Shown here: positions 63,328 to 64,000 of the stretch, piece by piece | Layout: the number at the start of each line of letters is the position of its first letter | Numbering within the stretch: the first letter of the stretch is position 1 | DNA from: Camelus dromedarius | Taxonomy: Eukaryota | Direction: 5' to 3' | DNA: 64,000 nt | NCBI RefSeq assembly: GCF_036321535.1 | Contig: NC_087439.1 | Location: 2,852,001 to 2,916,000, forward strand | Position numbers and translations under genes: made by a program | Notes under the pieces: generated by a model | Databases searched by the model: none | What the model saw: the letters and a program-made list of their open reading frames with translations, nothing else | Told to the model about the DNA's origin: nothing

Positions 63328-63744
63328 ATTTTTGTTCCAAAAGGCTTCAAAATTCAGTGGCAGGAGTCTAGTGTGTGCTAATAATAATAAAGATTATGAC
63401 ATTCTTCCTTTCCCTGTGGGGATGTGGGGAGTAGTCTCACAGAAAATAATGTCTGCAATTTATCCTAATTATTGAATTCTGGAAAAATAAAATCCAGGGA
63501 CAGTATTGGGTCAGTGCTCAGCGTCAAAGCCATCACAAAACCTTCCTTCCGCTGTGACAGATTGTACAGAGTGAGCCAGTGTCGGGTAAGATGCGGAGTA
63601 CGTCAGCCCGGGCGCTGGGGCACCTGGCCGTATTTCAGAAGCAAGTCTGCCTTGCCAAGGGATGGATCCCATGAAGAGTAGACCTTGCTTTGAGGGAACC
63701 CTAGCCCAGAGGAAGTTCCTTGTGGGACGGCCCTGCCAGGCTCC

Positions 63745-64000
63745 TGTCAACTGATAAAATGCACAACCTAAAAGTTGAGAGCTATTTGGTGGACGTCCTG
63801 GGGACTCAAGCCCTGGACACCGCCTCTCGGATAGTTCTAAGAGACTGTTCCACCCAGGCAAGGGAGAAGGCAGGGTACGTAGGAGTTTTTTCTAACAAAG
63901 ACCAGGTAGTCAGAACATCAAAAGACAACCGCTAAAGAAAACCAGCCATCTCCAGTTAAGAAATTTAGCCCTTTTCTAAGTATGGGAAGGTGCAAAGGTC
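63745..64000 (-). mobile_element. MER41-like ERV1 LTR (3' part, runs off window)
   Basis: tgtcaactgataaaatgcacaacctaaaagttgagag..gaccaggtagtcagaacatcaaaaga..gaaatttagcccttttctaagtatgggaag matches recalled reverse MER41-group LTR. Confidence 0.7.

Overview
Mammalian genomic DNA, most likely from a camelid: it carries two Vic-1-type tRNA-derived SINEs and a camelid-type L1 3' end. I could not identify an intact protein-coding gene, and the long ORFs in the track are explained by high GC or by repeats. The main result is a fragmentary, intron-containing pseudogene copy of ADGRB1 (BAI1) on the minus strand at about 22.2-25.2 kb. Six exon remnants lie in parental order: TSR4 3' part, TSR5, the HormR exon, the following exon, the start of the next GAIN exon, and the 44-nt 'TTNQTC..W.ETD' exon. 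Together they carry several stops, frameshifts and broken splice sites, and most GAIN exons plus all N-terminal, GPS and 7TM exons were not found. The copy sits in a ~20.5 kb GC-rich block (about 11.2-31.7 kb) that switches abruptly to AT-rich DNA on both sides, with ACTAG at both switches, which suggests an inserted segmental duplication. The window also contains a CpG-island promoter (about 42.0-43.2 kb, NRF1 and GC-box motifs) of an unidentified gene and a 40/42-bp minisatellite with a 122-bp higher-order period. The remainder is ordinary interspersed repeats (L1, L2, MIR, MaLR/ERV LTRs, Tigger, Charlie MERs). Homology and repeat-family calls come from recalled reference sequences, not from a search.
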